Below, piece by piece: positions 62,497 to 64,000 of a stretch of DNA of 64,000 nt. The translations under genes were made by a program, and so were the position numbers. Under the pieces are notes generated by a model, which saw only the letters and a program-made list of their open reading frames with translations, was not told where the DNA came from and made no database searches. Source of the DNA: Amoebidium appalachense (taxonomy: Eukaryota; Protista; Ichthyosporea); assembly GCA_963693365.1 (NCBI GenBank), contig CAVNZM010000013.1, forward strand, positions 521,817-585,816, read 5' to 3'. How positions within the stretch are numbered: position 1 is the first letter of the stretch; every line of letters begins with the position of its first letter.

Positions 62497-64000
62497 CTCA
62501 TAGACTCTGATAAGTATTTCTCGGAACTGTTTAAAGATAGGACCCCCGCTCAGAAACCTATTGTGTGGCCTGTAGACCCATCTATCCCCATAGAATCGAT
62601 CCTCCCCTTTTTCAGTCCCGATGCCATATGGTCTGTGATATCTAGTTATAGCTCTAGTAAGTCTTGTGGACCTGATGGACTCCCTGCTGGGTTTCTTAAA
62701 ATCCTTGTTCCCTCCTACCCACAAAAGGAAAGTGATCGTGCTATTAAACCTGATCTTACTATCATGTTAAGCTCTCTCTTTTCTTGGTGTGTTAAATGTG
62801 GACATGTCCCGTCATCTTGGTTAGATACCTTAGTGATCCCCATAGTTAAGAAGGACTCTGAGGGCCCCATATCATCTTTTCGCCCCATCACACTAACCCA
62901 GGTTGTTCGTAGATTCTTTGAAGCTTGCTTACTTAGGTTATGTGCACATCACCCTAGGTTTCAATCTATTCTTCACATACACCCATGCCAATCCGCTTTT
63001 CGTAAGAACAATTCATGTTATGTTCAAATAATGGCACTGCACGATTCTATGCAAGTTGGTGCACGATATGTTGGCTTTATTGATTGGAAAACTGCTTACG
63101 ATTCTGTCTCCCCTGGTTCCCTATGGGAAAAGCTTGCTGCACGGGGTGTACCACACTGCATTGGTGTTCTGTTAGAAGCACTCTTGTCTCAAACCTATGG
63201 TAGAGCTGTGGTTAATGGGCATCTTTCATATGGTTTTGCTCGTACTAGAGGTCTCTTGCAGGGTTCATTGCTTAGCCCCTTTTTGTTTAACCTATTTATA
63301 GATGATTTGGCTGTCAAGATTTACGCCGAAAACGATGACCCTATTAATAACTTTCCGCCTGCACTTCTCTATGCTGATGATCTGTCCCTCCTTGCCCGTA
63401 CCCCTAGACGCCTGCAAAGATTGTTCGATGTAGTGTCAGAGTGGTGCAAGGCAAACCTTATGATCCTTAACATAGACAAATGTGGTGTTCTTGTACCTGA
63501 TATAGCTAACAATTTACACACATTTACATTATCATCTAAACCTGTACCTATAGTTCCAGAATACAAATATCTTGGTGTTCCGGTTGATTCTGTTGGTGTT
63601 ATGTTTCCCCATATGGTCGAAAAGAGGGTAGAGTTGGCTCGTAAGCGGTTAGCTTTCTTCTCGGCTAATATTTTTAAGGACACACCCCTCCATCCTTCTA
63701 TTAGACTTACATTTATTCGCACTTTTGTCTTCCCGGCATGTGAATATGGTTTACCCCTTCTCGCCGCTTGGATCAAGAAAGAGAGAACTAGAGCGCTTAA
63801 ACCCTTGGCAAATTTCCTTGAAGCAGAAGTTGCCTCCTTTCTATCTAACAACTGTTGTAAACCTGGGCCTGTAACGCTCTCGATATATGGTCTGGTCCCA
63901 ATAGCTGCTAGAGTATCCTATCTCGCGCTGAAATTCAATAAGCACATAAGCCGCTTAAAGAAGTATTTGCCCTCCCACCCTCTCTTCTCTATCCGACCTG
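62497..64000 (+). mobile_element. Non-LTR RT element copy 3, 5'-truncated, runs off the window end
   Basis: Reverse complement of ~33534-35037 with only a handful of substitutions; RT frame open to the window end. Confidence 0.95.

Overview
This is eukaryotic, repeat-rich genomic DNA with GT-AG introns and CTAAC branch points, often filled with (CA)n, (GA)n and long G/C/A homopolymers. The style suggests a unicellular holozoan or fungus-like protist, which is an inference only. Many frameshifts fall in homopolymer runs and may be long-read errors. Main contents: (1) ~6.5-26.2 kb, a virus-like or large-mobile-element island with a 7-exon KDM4-type JmjN/JmjC histone demethylase, compact intronless NCLDV-like genes (DUF5763-like Zn finger, TM+CPxC protein, dead PD-(D/E)XK nuclease, C2H2 zinc finger) and AGCGCT-cored repeat arrays; (2) a full-length Ty1/copia element (26190-32582) whose two flanks do not match; (3) three near-identical copies of a non-LTR RT element with no visible endonuclease, a structured leader and a poly(C) 3' end; (4) a 3' fragment of an RNase H-bearing LINE; (5) a secreted Cys-rich repeat protein; (6) an 8-exon secreted Zn-dependent phospholipase C with a C2-like tail (alpha-toxin-like layout); (7) a spliced Cys-rich gene; (8) an internally deleted THAP/P-element-like transposase. 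All calls come from manual reading and motif recognition; no searches were run.
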